In this document: positions 36,201 through 44,817 of the stretch, one piece after another
Numbering within the stretch: the stretch's first letter is position 1
How the letters are laid out: every line of letters begins with the position of its first letter
Assembly: GCA_963761755.1 (NCBI GenBank)
Contig: CAVXIC010000031.1
Location: 154,776-218,775, forward strand
Length of the DNA: 64,000 nt
Source: an uncultured bacterium
GTDB lineage: Bacteria; Myxococcota_A; Polyangia; Nannocystales; Nannocystaceae
Direction of reading: 5' to 3'
Program-made: the position numbers and the translations under genes
Notes under the pieces: model-generated
What the model saw: the letters and a program-made list of their open reading frames with translations, nothing else
What the model was told of the DNA's origin: nothing
The model's database searches: none

Positions 36201-38567
36201 AAGGTGGTCACGCTGCACGACAGCGCGGGGCTGCTTCGTTTCGCGCCCACGGCCCGGGCGATCGGGTGCTTGTTCTGGGCGTACTCCGAGCATCCGCGCA
36301 AGGATGCGTGGCACCGGCGCTCTCGAAGCCTGGGCCGGCTGCGGGAGGCGTTCGGAGGGTCGACGGCGCAGGTGCAGCTTGGGGAGGAGCTGGCGGTGGC
36401 GGTCGAGGCGTTCATCGAGACCACCGGCCTGCCCGAGCCCGCCTCGCATGCGCCCACGACGGGTCGGTACCTGGTCGAGGAGCTGATCGCCGAGCGCCCG
36501 ATGTTCACCACCAGCGCCGAAGCCAACAAGCTGGTCGATGGGTTGATGGAGTACCTCGAGCTGCACGGCACCGGCCGCCGCGCGCTGGAAGACGACCTTC
36601 AGTCGCTGCAAGGGGATGTCGCCGCGCAATACCGTTTGGCGCGCTCGTGGATTCAGGCGTTCCTCGAGCAGGCCAAGGACGAAGCGCTGCGCGATCTGGC
36701 ACACGTCTTGGGGGAGGCCGCGGCGGTCTTGCTCACCCAGCGGTCGCTGCAGCGTACCGCCAACGCATCGCTCACCCGCTCTGCGGCCACGGGTCTGCTC
36801 GGTCAGCACGACCGCATCGAGGGCGGGTCGATCGGGCTGCGCATCGATGAGTTCCTGGAGCGCCTCGGTGCGTTCAAACACGAGCGGGTGCCGGGCTATC
36901 AGAAGTACCGCGAGATTCGGACGTCGGTGATCGAAGCCGAACGTCGGCGGCTTCGGGTGGAAGAGTTCAAGCCGCGCGTGCTCAGCTCGTTCGTCCGCAA
37001 CAAGCTGATCAACGACGTCTATCTGCCGCTGATCGGGGACAACCTCGCCAAGCAGCTGGGCGCGGCAGGGGACAGCAAGCGCACCGACCTGATGGGGCTG
37101 CTGCTGCTCGTCTCCCCGCCGGGATACGGCAAGACGACGTTGATGGAGTACGTCGCCAGCCGGCTGGGTTTGGCGTTCGTCAAGGTCAACGGACCGGCGC
37201 TGGGGCACTCGGTGGTCTCGATCGACCCGAGCGAGGCGCCCAACGCGACGGCGCGCCAAGAGGTCGAGAAGATCAACCTGGCGCTGGAGATGGGCAACAA
37301 CGTGATGCTCTACCTCGACGACATCCAGCACACCCACCCCGAGCTGCTGCAGAAGTTCATCTCGCTGTGCGATGCGCAGCGCCGCATCGAGGGCGTCTGG
37401 AAGGGGCGCACGCGCACGTACGACCTGCGGGGCAAGAAGTTCTGCGTGGTGATGGCCGGCAACCCGTACACCGAGGCCGGCGAGAAGTTCCAGATCCCCG
37501 ACATGCTCGCCAACCGGGCGGACACGTACAACCTCGGCGACATCCTGTCGGGCAAGGGGGACGCGTTTGCGCTCAGCTACATCGAGAACGCGATCACGTC
37601 CAATGCAGTGCTGGCTCCGTTGGCCACCCGCGAACAGGGGGACATCTACAAGCTGGTGCGGATGGCCCGGGGCGAGGAGATCAACACCTCGGACCTCTCC
37701 CACGGGTACTCGGCGGTGGAGATCGGTGAGATCACCGGCGTCCTGCAGCACATGTTCAAGGCGCAGGAGGTGCTGCTCAAGGTCAACATGCAGTACATCG
37801 AGTCGGCGTCGATGGACGACCAGTACCGCACCGAGCCGCGCTTCCAGCTGCAGGGCTCCTACCGCAACATGGCCAAGCTGGCCGAGAAGATCGTCCCGGC
37901 GATGAACGACGACGAGGTCCGGCGTCTGATCGACGACCACTACGTCGGGGAGGCGCAGACGCTGACCTCAGGTGCCGAGCACAACCTGCTCAAGCTGGCC
38001 GAGCTTCGCGGGACGCTGACGCAGGAGCAGGCGGCGCGATGGGCCCAGATCAAGAAGGACTTTGGGCGGGTCAAGCTCATGGGCGGCAGCGACGACGATC
38101 CGATCGCCCGCGTGACGGGCCAGCTCACCGGGTTGACCGACAAGCTCGGCGGGATTCAGACCGCGATGGAGAGCAACTCGGCGGTCACCGACAAGCTCGC
38201 GGGCATCGAGCGGGCGGTGATGGGTGCGGCCAAGCTGATGCAAGAGGGTGCGGGCGCTGCAAACGGCGCGGCGGCGCGAGATGCCGCGTTCATCGCGGCG
38301 ATGCAGAGCCTGTCCTCGGCGGTGGGGTTGATGCAGAGCCCCAAGCTGCAGGTCAACATCGAGAACCAGCCGCCGCCGGGAGTCGAGGAGCTGCTGGCGC
38401 AGCAGGTGGCGATCATCGAGCGGACGCTGGTGCCGCTGGTCCGCAGCACCAACGAGCACATGGGCAATCCCACCAAGGTCGACGCGAAGGTCGCAGAGCT
38501 GCTGAGCATCGTGCGTTCGATGGACGCCAAGCTGCGCGGGGGGCAGGGCGCGGCGGGTCCGCCCTAG
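33216..38567 (+). CDS. giant (1783 aa) coiled-coil protein with a C-terminal MoxR/AAA_5-like AAA+ ATPase module; function unknown
   Basis: Walker A LLLLVSPPGYGKTTLMEYVA, Walker B VMLYLDDIQH, sensor-1 CVVMAGNPYTE. The N-terminal roughly 450 aa form a beta-rich region with no motif, and the centre is a long heptad coiled coil. ATG at 33216 is preferred over the ORF-finder's TTG at 33189. Confidence 0.8.
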   Translation: MAEEKQASAEPTAAEGTEEVGGSYDVIRERLVAQAKELAQRAGKLNEARVAEFGGTELAVIGNERVRTENNCLPRDILQVGGRLLFGYNVFLGLRSETNASDVFSLHNFAQDGETFDVSAVSFEAGGPGFLANDAFQAQFNELYSFYKEARLIALTRSETKALAVFQIGASVSDVRVFRWTMDAQGQPTYQDNRGERDYDFPPQHDFEWTRCTRDHQVAGAYPHISIEDEVFVETTGGDLTIKVENNTASGEGIYAEPVDEADQTLDDAEFEYARVGPLILLRILPYREEVRRHLVFSTRSHSVVRIDAMGQACVSLPEDHGVMFPGGYFLQDGQYKVFDGDFANYEFQRATRSPNGEDVLYVFHNRSTGTYTLFPYNMIRREVQNPIRCSGYSLFDDGRMVVFRFTGDEPTRVHPMQVWQTPFVSDEFAAAAPSSDSMLGKIGNADLVRGISDCLSIKRYVDEQAPSRKVYEDLISNLTRAIDAYYWLAEADTFDLKSVLLEIRGTAELIVDEFEKVVAIRKQARETLEEAAAKQEALIRDMRPESWTRVDQFMDALTQLRTQRGHLITMKEMRYMDLARVDELEAQVVEHFDRLSQDTVGFLLEEDSLAPLSNELERLLERCQKVEKTNEFVPLREELDRVSDGLNVLSDVAANLQVDDPTARTRILEQISEVFAHQNRVRATLAGRRKELLSVEGKAEFGAQFKLFGQSVQSAIGLADTPEKCDEQLSRLMVQLEELEGKFSEFDEFIGELAQKREEVYEALGQKKQQLLDERQRRVQNLWGAAERILQGVSRRASAFKEVDQLNAYFASDAMILKVRDLSQRILDLGDTVKADEVQSRLKSAKQDALRGLRDRSELFDGDDNLLKLGHHRFTVNTQPLELTVLPKDDGMAISISGTDFMEPVTDEAFLATKDYWSQTLISETKAVYRGEYLAASILFDAEADREGLSMAALHAAQREEGGLLALVRTVSGSRYQEGYERGVHDADAAAILEKVVTLHDSAGLLRFAPTARAIGCLFWAYSEHPRKDAWHRRSRSLGRLREAFGGSTAQVQLGEELAVAVEAFIETTGLPEPASHAPTTGRYLVEELIAERPMFTTSAEANKLVDGLMEYLELHGTGRRALEDDLQSLQGDVAAQYRLARSWIQAFLEQAKDEALRDLAHVLGEAAAVLLTQRSLQRTANASLTRSAATGLLGQHDRIEGGSIGLRIDEFLERLGAFKHERVPGYQKYREIRTSVIEAERRRLRVEEFKPRVLSSFVRNKLINDVYLPLIGDNLAKQLGAAGDSKRTDLMGLLLLVSPPGYGKTTLMEYVASRLGLAFVKVNGPALGHSVVSIDPSEAPNATARQEVEKINLALEMGNNVMLYLDDIQHTHPELLQKFISLCDAQRRIEGVWKGRTRTYDLRGKKFCVVMAGNPYTEAGEKFQIPDMLANRADTYNLGDILSGKGDAFALSYIENAITSNAVLAPLATREQGDIYKLVRMARGEEINTSDLSHGYSAVEIGEITGVLQHMFKAQEVLLKVNMQYIESASMDDQYRTEPRFQLQGSYRNMAKLAEKIVPAMNDDEVRRLIDDHYVGEAQTLTSGAEHNLLKLAELRGTLTQEQAARWAQIKKDFGRVKLMGGSDDDPIARVTGQLTGLTDKLGGIQTAMESNSAVTDKLAGIERAVMGAAKLMQEGAGAANGAAARDAAFIAAMQSLSSAVGLMQSPKLQVNIENQPPPGVEELLAQQVAIIERTLVPLVRSTNEHMGNPTKVDAKVAELLSIVRSMDAKLRGGQGAAGPP

Positions 38568-38584
38568 CCCAGCAGCCCGGACGA

Positions 38585-39487
38585 CTAGGGCTCGCCGCAG
38601 TACCCGACGCCGACTGCACCGGGCAGCGGGAGGCACTCGAGCCCGTTGCTGCACGACACGATGTCAGGGATGCAGTAGGCGGTGCAGCACGAACCGTCGC
38701 ACCCTGGGAACGGGTCGTTCAGGCAGATCAACCCCGGGACGCATTCGTTGATCAGAGTACAGCTCCCGCCTTCGACGGTCTCCCCAGCGGGCTGACAGTC
38801 GAAACCCGACGTACCGACGACGCAGGTGAGTCCCTGAATGCACCCGTTGAAGCCGTTCTCGAGGGTGGGATTGCAGTCGCGGCACAGACCAAAGTCTCCG
38901 CTCTGTCGGGTTGCATGCGTCACGCAAACCCGGTCTCCATCGCAGGGCGCCGAGTCGTCCTCGCACAGCGCGACGCACGTGGGGGAGTCACCGTAGGGGT
39001 CGCAGATGGCTCCGGGCGGGCAGGCGTCGTCGCCCCTCAGGACGGTCGGGTCGTCGGCACACGAGCGCTGGCACGCATCTCCGAGGGCGAGGGGTTGCGC
39101 CTTCGGCTCCGGCATGCAGCCAATGCCTTCGGGGTCGCCGACGGGTCCCCACGGGACGCACCGCTCGCTGCTGCGGCACGCGTCGGGGTCGAAGAACTCG
39201 CAGTCTTCGGTGGGCGTACCGCAGGCGAGCGGCACGTCCAGTGGCGGCGGGCCAGTGGTGGTCATGGGGCCCGCCGACGTCTCCGGTGCGAGCGTCGTTC
39301 CCGCCGACGTGCTCGGGCCCCCGACCTCCTCTCCGCGGGTCGAGCTTGCGGCGGTGGTCCCCGCATCGCTCGAGTCCGACGCCTTCGCGCCGTCCGCGTA
39401 GGCGGGGTTGAGCCGCGTGCACCCTCCGGCGAGCATGGCCGCGACCGCCGTCGCGGCTCCGATCCGAGCGATCACGGGTTCGAGCAT
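38585..39487 (-). CDS. Cys-rich secreted lipoprotein (myxobacterial-type Cys-repeat domain)
   Basis: Lipobox MLAGGC and a Ser/Thr linker, then many CxxxC/CxDxxC repeats. Confidence 0.7.
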   Translation of the reverse strand: MLEPVIARIGAATAVAAMLAGGCTRLNPAYADGAKASDSSDAGTTAASSTRGEEVGGPSTSAGTTLAPETSAGPMTTTGPPPLDVPLACGTPTEDCEFFDPDACRSSERCVPWGPVGDPEGIGCMPEPKAQPLALGDACQRSCADDPTVLRGDDACPPGAICDPYGDSPTCVALCEDDSAPCDGDRVCVTHATRQSGDFGLCRDCNPTLENGFNGCIQGLTCVVGTSGFDCQPAGETVEGGSCTLINECVPGLICLNDPFPGCDGSCCTAYCIPDIVSCSNGLECLPLPGAVGVGYCGEP

Positions 39488-39542
39488 CGCACACGGGCCC
39501 GGGGCGGGTCACCACGCGAAGGTCAGCTGCTACCGTCCGGCG

Positions 39543-40413
39543 ATGCGACGAGGACTCATTGGGCCGCTCGCGGGCCTCTTCATCGTCTCCTGCGTGCCCA
39601 AGGGCGAGTATGACGAGCTCAAGCGCGACCTGGGCGAAGCTCGGCGCGCGCTGGTCGACGGTGACGTCGAAGCGGCGGGCCGTGAGGGGGCGCTGTCCCA
39701 GCAGCGGGCGTTGCTGGCGCGGACCGAAGAGCAGCTGAGCGCCGCGCAGCGCGAGGCGGCGGCGCTGCGGCGCGAGCTGGAGATGACGGCCGTGCAGCGC
39801 GACGCTCGAGCGGCCGAGCTGGCCGAAGCCATGAAGGACCAGATGGCGCTGCAGGACTCGATCGAGTCGATGACGCGCGCGCTGGCGATGGCCAACGAAC
39901 GCGAACTCGCGGCGGAGCAGCGGGTCTATGAATTTCAGGGAGCTGTTGACACGCTTCAAGTCGCTGATCGACGCGGGCAAGCTTCGGATCAAGATCGTCG
40001 GGGGTCGGATGGTGCTGGAGTTGCCGACCGACATCCTCTTCCCGAGCGGCTCGGCGACCCTGTCCGAAGAGGGGCAGGCCGCGCTCGAGGAGGTTGGGGC
40101 CGGCCTCGCCCAGATGAGCGACCGTGAGTTCCAGGTGGAGGGGCACACCGACGACGTCCCGATCGACACCCGGCGCTTCCCGGACAACTGGGCGCTGGCG
40201 GCGGGCCGTGCCCTGGGGGTGCGCGCGACGCTGGAGGCTGCGGGCATGAAGCCTTCGCAGCTGAGCGCCGCGAGCTTCGCACAGACGCGCCCGGTGCAAG
40301 ACAACGACACCGCGGCGGGGAAAGCGGCGAACCGTCGCATCGAGATCGTGCTGCTGCCAGACCTCTCGTCCCTGCCGGGGTCCGAGGAGCTCGAGGCCCT
40401 GGGCGGGGGCTGA
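39543..40413 (+). CDS. OmpA-family lipoprotein (signal peptide/lipobox + coiled coil + OmpA C-terminal domain) with an apparent +1 frameshift near 39925; possibly a pseudogene or a sequencing error
   Basis: Frame 0 gives MRRGLIGPLAGLFIVSC plus a coiled coil up to about ..ELAAEQRV. Frame +1 from 39928 gives NFRELLTRFKSLIDAGKLRIKIVGGRMVLELPTDILFPSGSATL...NRRIEIVLLP, an OmpA-like domain. An OmpA domain with no signal peptide is implausible as a separate gene. Confidence 0.55.
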
Positions 40414-40510
40414 GGCATCATCCACCTTGGCGCGCGTGCGCGACTCTCGTACTCTTGTCCGGTCGACTTAGGGGCTGGGCAAACCCAGGAATCGAAGAGG
40501 GCACATCAAC

Positions 40511-41368
40511 ATGAAGAAACTCGTTTATCTCCTTCCCATGATCGCGCTGGCGCTGCCCGCGTGTGGCGACGACGCGACCGGCGTAGACACCGACGACGAG
40601 ACCGGCGGTACCACCACCGACACGACGGGCCCGTCAACTCAGGGCAGCACCACGGACGAAACCGACCCGACCGTCGCCGACACGGGGACCGAGAGTGGGG
40701 ATCCCCCCGGCTGCACCCCCGACGACGAGTGCACCCCCGAGACCGTCGCCGAAGCCTGCGGCGAGTTCTTCGCCTGTGTTGGATGCTTCTGCGTGGCCGA
40801 CGGCGACCCACCCCTGTGCCCGGATGGGTGGGGCGAGGGGGAGTACGCGGACTGCGTTGAAGGCGGCAACGGGGTTTGCATGTCCGCGGGCTTGCAACCG
40901 GGGTGCCTCGTCGACAACGTGCAGACGCCAACCGCCGGCGTCTGTTTCTATCAGGGCTGCGAGGCAGCGTGCGACTGTCCGGCTGGGCCATCTCCAGAGT
41001 TCGACGACCAGGTTGCCTGCGACGACATCACGGGCGATGGCACGAACGACTGCTTCCTCGAGTGCGGAGACTGTCCGGAGGGCATGTTCTGCGACGGTGG
41101 CGTGTGCTTGCACGGCGAGGCGCCTCCGTTCCCCGACTACGCGGACTGCTTGAACGAGGACCTCCCGATTTGCGACACGGACGGCATCTGCCTCTCCAAC
41201 GATGAAGACTTTGGCGTATGCGGAAGTATCGACTGCGAGGACGACAGCGACTGCGGGGAGGCGCCTGAGACAGGCGACGCAATGCCTGGGTGCACCGAGT
41301 TCCCCGACGGCTCCACATCATTCTGCAGCCTCACCTGCGACGGGGGGAGACGTGCCCGGACGGCATGA
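40511..41368 (+). CDS. Cys-rich lipoprotein, 5' segment (likely continuous with 41381..42274 across two closely spaced frameshifts)
   Basis: Lipobox LPACGDD and Cys-rich repeats. It ends ..FCSLTCDGG and then hits a stop directly after a G6 run. Confidence 0.6.
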   Translation: MKKLVYLLPMIALALPACGDDATGVDTDDETGGTTTDTTGPSTQGSTTDETDPTVADTGTESGDPPGCTPDDECTPETVAEACGEFFACVGCFCVADGDPPLCPDGWGEGEYADCVEGGNGVCMSAGLQPGCLVDNVQTPTAGVCFYQGCEAACDCPAGPSPEFDDQVACDDITGDGTNDCFLECGDCPEGMFCDGGVCLHGEAPPFPDYADCLNEDLPICDTDGICLSNDEDFGVCGSIDCEDDSDCGEAPETGDAMPGCTEFPDGSTSFCSLTCDGGRRARTA

Positions 41369-41380
41369 TCTGCATCTCTC

Positions 41381-42274
41381 TTGCCCTGGGAGGGGAGGGG
41401 ATTCGGGAGCCACTGTGTGTGGCCCCCCGCTCCCGATTCCGGCTTCCAAGACTGCGCGGCGCAAGGCGATGGCATCTGCCTCGACGGCGAGACCTGCATC
41501 GAAACGACCGCGAAGGGGTCTGGAACCACGCAGGTCTGCGCGGCTGCAGACTGTACGGACCCGGTCGCCGACTGTCCCGTGGTGCCTGAGACCGGGGATG
41601 CTCCGGCCGCCTGCCAGGATATCGACGGCGCCGGGGGGGACGAGTGCGTGCTCGACTGCAGTGGGGGCGAGACCTGCCCCGACGGCGCCGTCTGCACGGA
41701 CGACGGTTTCTGCTCCTACGAGATTCCTGCGTTCTTCGAGGGCTTCCAGTCGGGGGATATCCCCGCCGGTTGGACCACCCACGATGTGGATGGCTTGGTC
41801 GTTTCCGAAGATCTCCCGATCACCGTCGACGAGGCCTGGGTCGCAACCGACTTCTTCTCCCCGACCGGAGAGTTCTGGGCCACGGCGACGTCTTGGTACG
41901 ACCCAGTCGGCACCTCCGACGATTGGCTCATCTCTCCGGCGATCACGCTGGGAGACACGGCGACGCTGTCATGGCTGGCGTTCACACCAAGCGCGATGTA
42001 CCCGGACGGCTACCAGGTCTACGTCGTGCCCACCACCGTGACCGAGTTCACGGACTTCATCGGCGACGGTGACCCCATCGCCTTCCTTGCCCTGGACGAG
42101 GGCGTGATCCCATCGGCCGCTCCGGTGTTCGAGATCGCAGCTGAGGAGGCGGATCCTCAGAGCCGAAGCGTGGATATCGGCGCACTCGCCGGCCAGGAGG
42201 TCCACCTCGCCTTCCGGAACAACACCGAAGACGGTGTCGTGATCCTGATCGACGACATCGCAATCTACGAGTAG
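41381..42274 (+). CDS. Cys-rich repeat plus C-terminal choice-of-anchor-J / cleaved-adhesin-like domain, 3' segment of the same adhesin-like gene
   Basis: Same frame as 40511..41368. There is no signal peptide of its own. Contains ..CSGGETCPDGAVCTDDGFC.. and then FFEGFQSGDIPAGWTTHDVDG..W.. (the choice-of-anchor J signature). Confidence 0.6.
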   Translation: MPWEGRGFGSHCVWPPAPDSGFQDCAAQGDGICLDGETCIETTAKGSGTTQVCAAADCTDPVADCPVVPETGDAPAACQDIDGAGGDECVLDCSGGETCPDGAVCTDDGFCSYEIPAFFEGFQSGDIPAGWTTHDVDGLVVSEDLPITVDEAWVATDFFSPTGEFWATATSWYDPVGTSDDWLISPAITLGDTATLSWLAFTPSAMYPDGYQVYVVPTTVTEFTDFIGDGDPIAFLALDEGVIPSAAPVFEIAAEEADPQSRSVDIGALAGQEVHLAFRNNTEDGVVILIDDIAIYE

Positions 42275-42299
42275 TTCGCGGCCCTCGTTCGCGAGAACG

Positions 42300-42340
42300 A
42301 AAGGAGGTCGAGCGTCCGTGCTCGGCCTCTTTTCGTTGTT
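42300..42340 (+). terminator. rho-independent terminator-like hairpin (GGTCGAGC-GTCCGT-GCTCGGCC) followed by TCTTTTCG
   Basis: Lies about 30 nt after the TAG at 42272-42274. Confidence 0.5.
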
Positions 42341-42719
42341 GCTATCCTCCCGCTGTCCTTGACGTCCGCTTCCTCGCTGCTACACCTGTGCCTCCGCGGC
42401 GCGTGCAGTCAGGGGCTGCATGCACCAAGGGCTCGCGGGCATTCGCTCCGAGCAAACCCAGCGCGACTCCCGATTCTCTTCAGGAGCCCACGCGCACCCA
42501 CCTGAAATGCGGGAATGGGGGTCGGTTCGCTGCCGCCTGTTTCAGCTCCGTCGCCGGGACTGCGGTCCCCCAGAGGCGATGCCCGCCCGGGAACGACGAG
42601 GTCCATATGCAACGCAACACTACGCTCGACAACGAAGACGCCAGCCCCGATGCGGGCGCTGGCGCCTGAATCTTCTCGGAGGGGGGCGCACGAAGGCGGT
42701 CCCCTCTGAGTCTTGGACG

Positions 42720-43604
42720 CTACTCGCCGCAGGCGCAGGCGGGGGCGTCGACCAGCTCGCGGTTGGTCTGCGTGCCGACGTAGGTCCACGAGTTGGTGGA
42801 GTTGCCGTCCTGGCCGGTGACGACCTCGGCCATGGTGAAGGCGCTGAGATCGGCCTCGAAGACGAAGTCGTTGATCGGCTGATCGACCACGTCGTCCTGG
42901 ACCACGGGTGTGCCGTTGGGCAGGCCGCCGGCGCTGCACAGGGGGCCCTGGCACAGCACCTGTCCCTCGGTCGTGTAGTCGGTGATCAGCGGCGGCGCCC
43001 AGGCGACGGTCGTGCCCGCGAGCAGGCCTTGGGTCACACCGCACGCTTCGGGACCGGCGGTGCCTTCGATGTCGGTCGTCACGGTCACCGTGCCGCCCAC
43101 GACGAAGTGCAGGCTCATCGCATACGAGACCATCGTGCCGAGCCCGCCCGGAGCACCGTCGACGTCTTCGAACTGCAGGACGAACGTGCCCGGGCCGATG
43201 TTAGTGTCGGCGTCGTAGGGCTCTTGCAGCGTGTTGACTTGATCGCCGGCGCCGAACGGGGTGTTGCTGATCTCGAACTCGCTGCCGGCGAGGTCGTAGG
43301 TGATCTGCCAGACCTGGCACGTACCGGTCTCCGTATCGCCGGTGACCTCGGTGGCCTCGCCGGTGGTGCTGCTCGTGCTGCCGTCGGCGGCATCGGTGGT
43401 GTCCGGGTCGTCGGTCGTCACGCTGGAGGCGTCGGAACTCGAGGGCTGCGCGGTCGCGTTCGGGCCCGTCGAGGTCGACGCCTCACCCCTCGTGCTGCCC
43501 GCGTCGGTTTCGGTGTCGCCGCCGTCCTCGGCCTGCGAGGCAGGACACCCAACGAGCAAGGTGGAGGACACGACGGCGAGCCAAGATGTGGTGCGCAAGA
43601 CCAT
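42720..43604 (-). CDS. hypothetical lipoprotein
   Basis: Start chosen at MVLRTTSWLAVVSSTLLVGC (lipobox). Acidic Ser/Thr linker. No known motif. Confidence 0.6.
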   Translation of the reverse strand: MVLRTTSWLAVVSSTLLVGCPASQAEDGGDTETDAGSTRGEASTSTGPNATAQPSSSDASSVTTDDPDTTDAADGSTSSTTGEATEVTGDTETGTCQVWQITYDLAGSEFEISNTPFGAGDQVNTLQEPYDADTNIGPGTFVLQFEDVDGAPGGLGTMVSYAMSLHFVVGGTVTVTTDIEGTAGPEACGVTQGLLAGTTVAWAPPLITDYTTEGQVLCQGPLCSAGGLPNGTPVVQDDVVDQPINDFVFEADLSAFTMAEVVTGQDGNSTNSWTYVGTQTNRELVDAPACACGE

Positions 43605-43623
43605 GTGCGCGACGATAGCCTGG

Positions 43624-44739
43624 CTAGAACCGCAGCGCGGCCGAGACGCCCGTGTAGTCGAGCGAGAGCTGCGGCTGGACCGAGAGCTCCAGCTTGGCGG
43701 TCTTCTCGACCCCGTATACGTTCTCCAGCTGCTTGCGGGTGCGCTTGTAGACCACGCCGTACGCGAGCAGGCCCCCACCGGCGGCGACGACCGTGGAGGT
43801 GAGTTGGTGCATGCCGTACAGCAACGCATTGCGGTCCGCGTAGCAGCCGAAGAAGTCCTTGGGATCGGTGTTGCCGCCTTCGATGCAGTTGGCGGCGATG
43901 CCGTTGACAGGGTTCAGCGAGCGGATCCGGATCACCATCACGACGATGCGACCCACCGCGCCCGCGCCGAGCAGACCCGCGCCGGTGCCGATGAAGACGC
44001 CGGGCTTGCGCTGGATCTCACCGGTCTTGACCGAGCGGGCCGCGTCGTACTTGGCGCGCACCGTGCCGGCTCCGGGCGCGATGCCCCAGTTGACCGCGTT
44101 GGGCAGGGCCTGCAGGAACCACAGGCCAGCGTTCGCGCCGCGGCCCGAGACGAAGCAGTCGGCGGCCTCGTCGGTGATTCTCGAGAGGTCATCTTGCGAA
44201 ACGCTCATCGCGTCGACCGAGTCCGCCGTGCACAGGCGCTTGATCCGCGAGATCCGCCACGCCATCACGCCGATGCCGACGCCCGCCAGCGCGCCGGAGG
44301 TCGCCATCAGCCCGATGCCCTTTTGCTCGGGGATGTTGATGTCCTCGATGGTCAGCGGTGGTGCGGTCACCGGGTCGGTCGCGACCAAGGGCGCCGCCGG
44401 TTGGGTGCCCTCGATCGAGGCCGTCGCGGATTCGCTCGACCCGTCGGCCACCGGCGCGTCCGGGACCGCGTCCTCGGACGGCGCCTCCCCATCGTCCTCC
44501 TCTTCGACCGCTCCATCGTCCTGCCAGCTGGGGTCGGGCGTGGGCTCGGCAAGCAGGCTCGCGACGTGGGAGGGGACGGCCGTGGTTGCGGACAGGACGG
44601 CGGCGGTCAGAAGGACGGTAGGCAGCACGCGATGAGCGTAGGGCCCCGCGGTTCCAAAAGGCAACGCCGGACTCGGGGCTACACGCCACCGAAGTGTCGA
44701 TAGCCACACCGTCGTCCGACCGGATGAATACACGCCCAT
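43624..44739 (-). CDS. hypothetical secreted protein, possibly an outer-membrane protein (C-terminal ..LRF)
   Basis: Hydrophobic N-terminal signal-like segment, acidic linker, a Gly/Ala-rich beta-prone C-terminal half, and a C-terminal Phe. Confidence 0.45.
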   Translation of the reverse strand: MGVYSSGRTTVWLSTLRWRVAPSPALPFGTAGPYAHRVLPTVLLTAAVLSATTAVPSHVASLLAEPTPDPSWQDDGAVEEEDDGEAPSEDAVPDAPVADGSSESATASIEGTQPAAPLVATDPVTAPPLTIEDINIPEQKGIGLMATSGALAGVGIGVMAWRISRIKRLCTADSVDAMSVSQDDLSRITDEAADCFVSGRGANAGLWFLQALPNAVNWGIAPGAGTVRAKYDAARSVKTGEIQRKPGVFIGTGAGLLGAGAVGRIVVMVIRIRSLNPVNGIAANCIEGGNTDPKDFFGCYADRNALLYGMHQLTSTVVAAGGGLLAYGVVYKRTRKQLENVYGVEKTAKLELSVQPQLSLDYTGVSAALRF

Positions 44740-44817
44740 GGAGCCCGTCTACGGCCCGTTCAGGCGCCCGGCAATGCAGCGTATGCGGGGCCGGTTTCGC
44801 ACCATGTCGTCAGACCC

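Noticed and set aside
42275-42719. 445-bp convergent intergenic region with ORF 42388..42669
   Set aside because: No convincing coding signal or RNA gene. Only a terminator-like hairpin after the upstream gene is supported.
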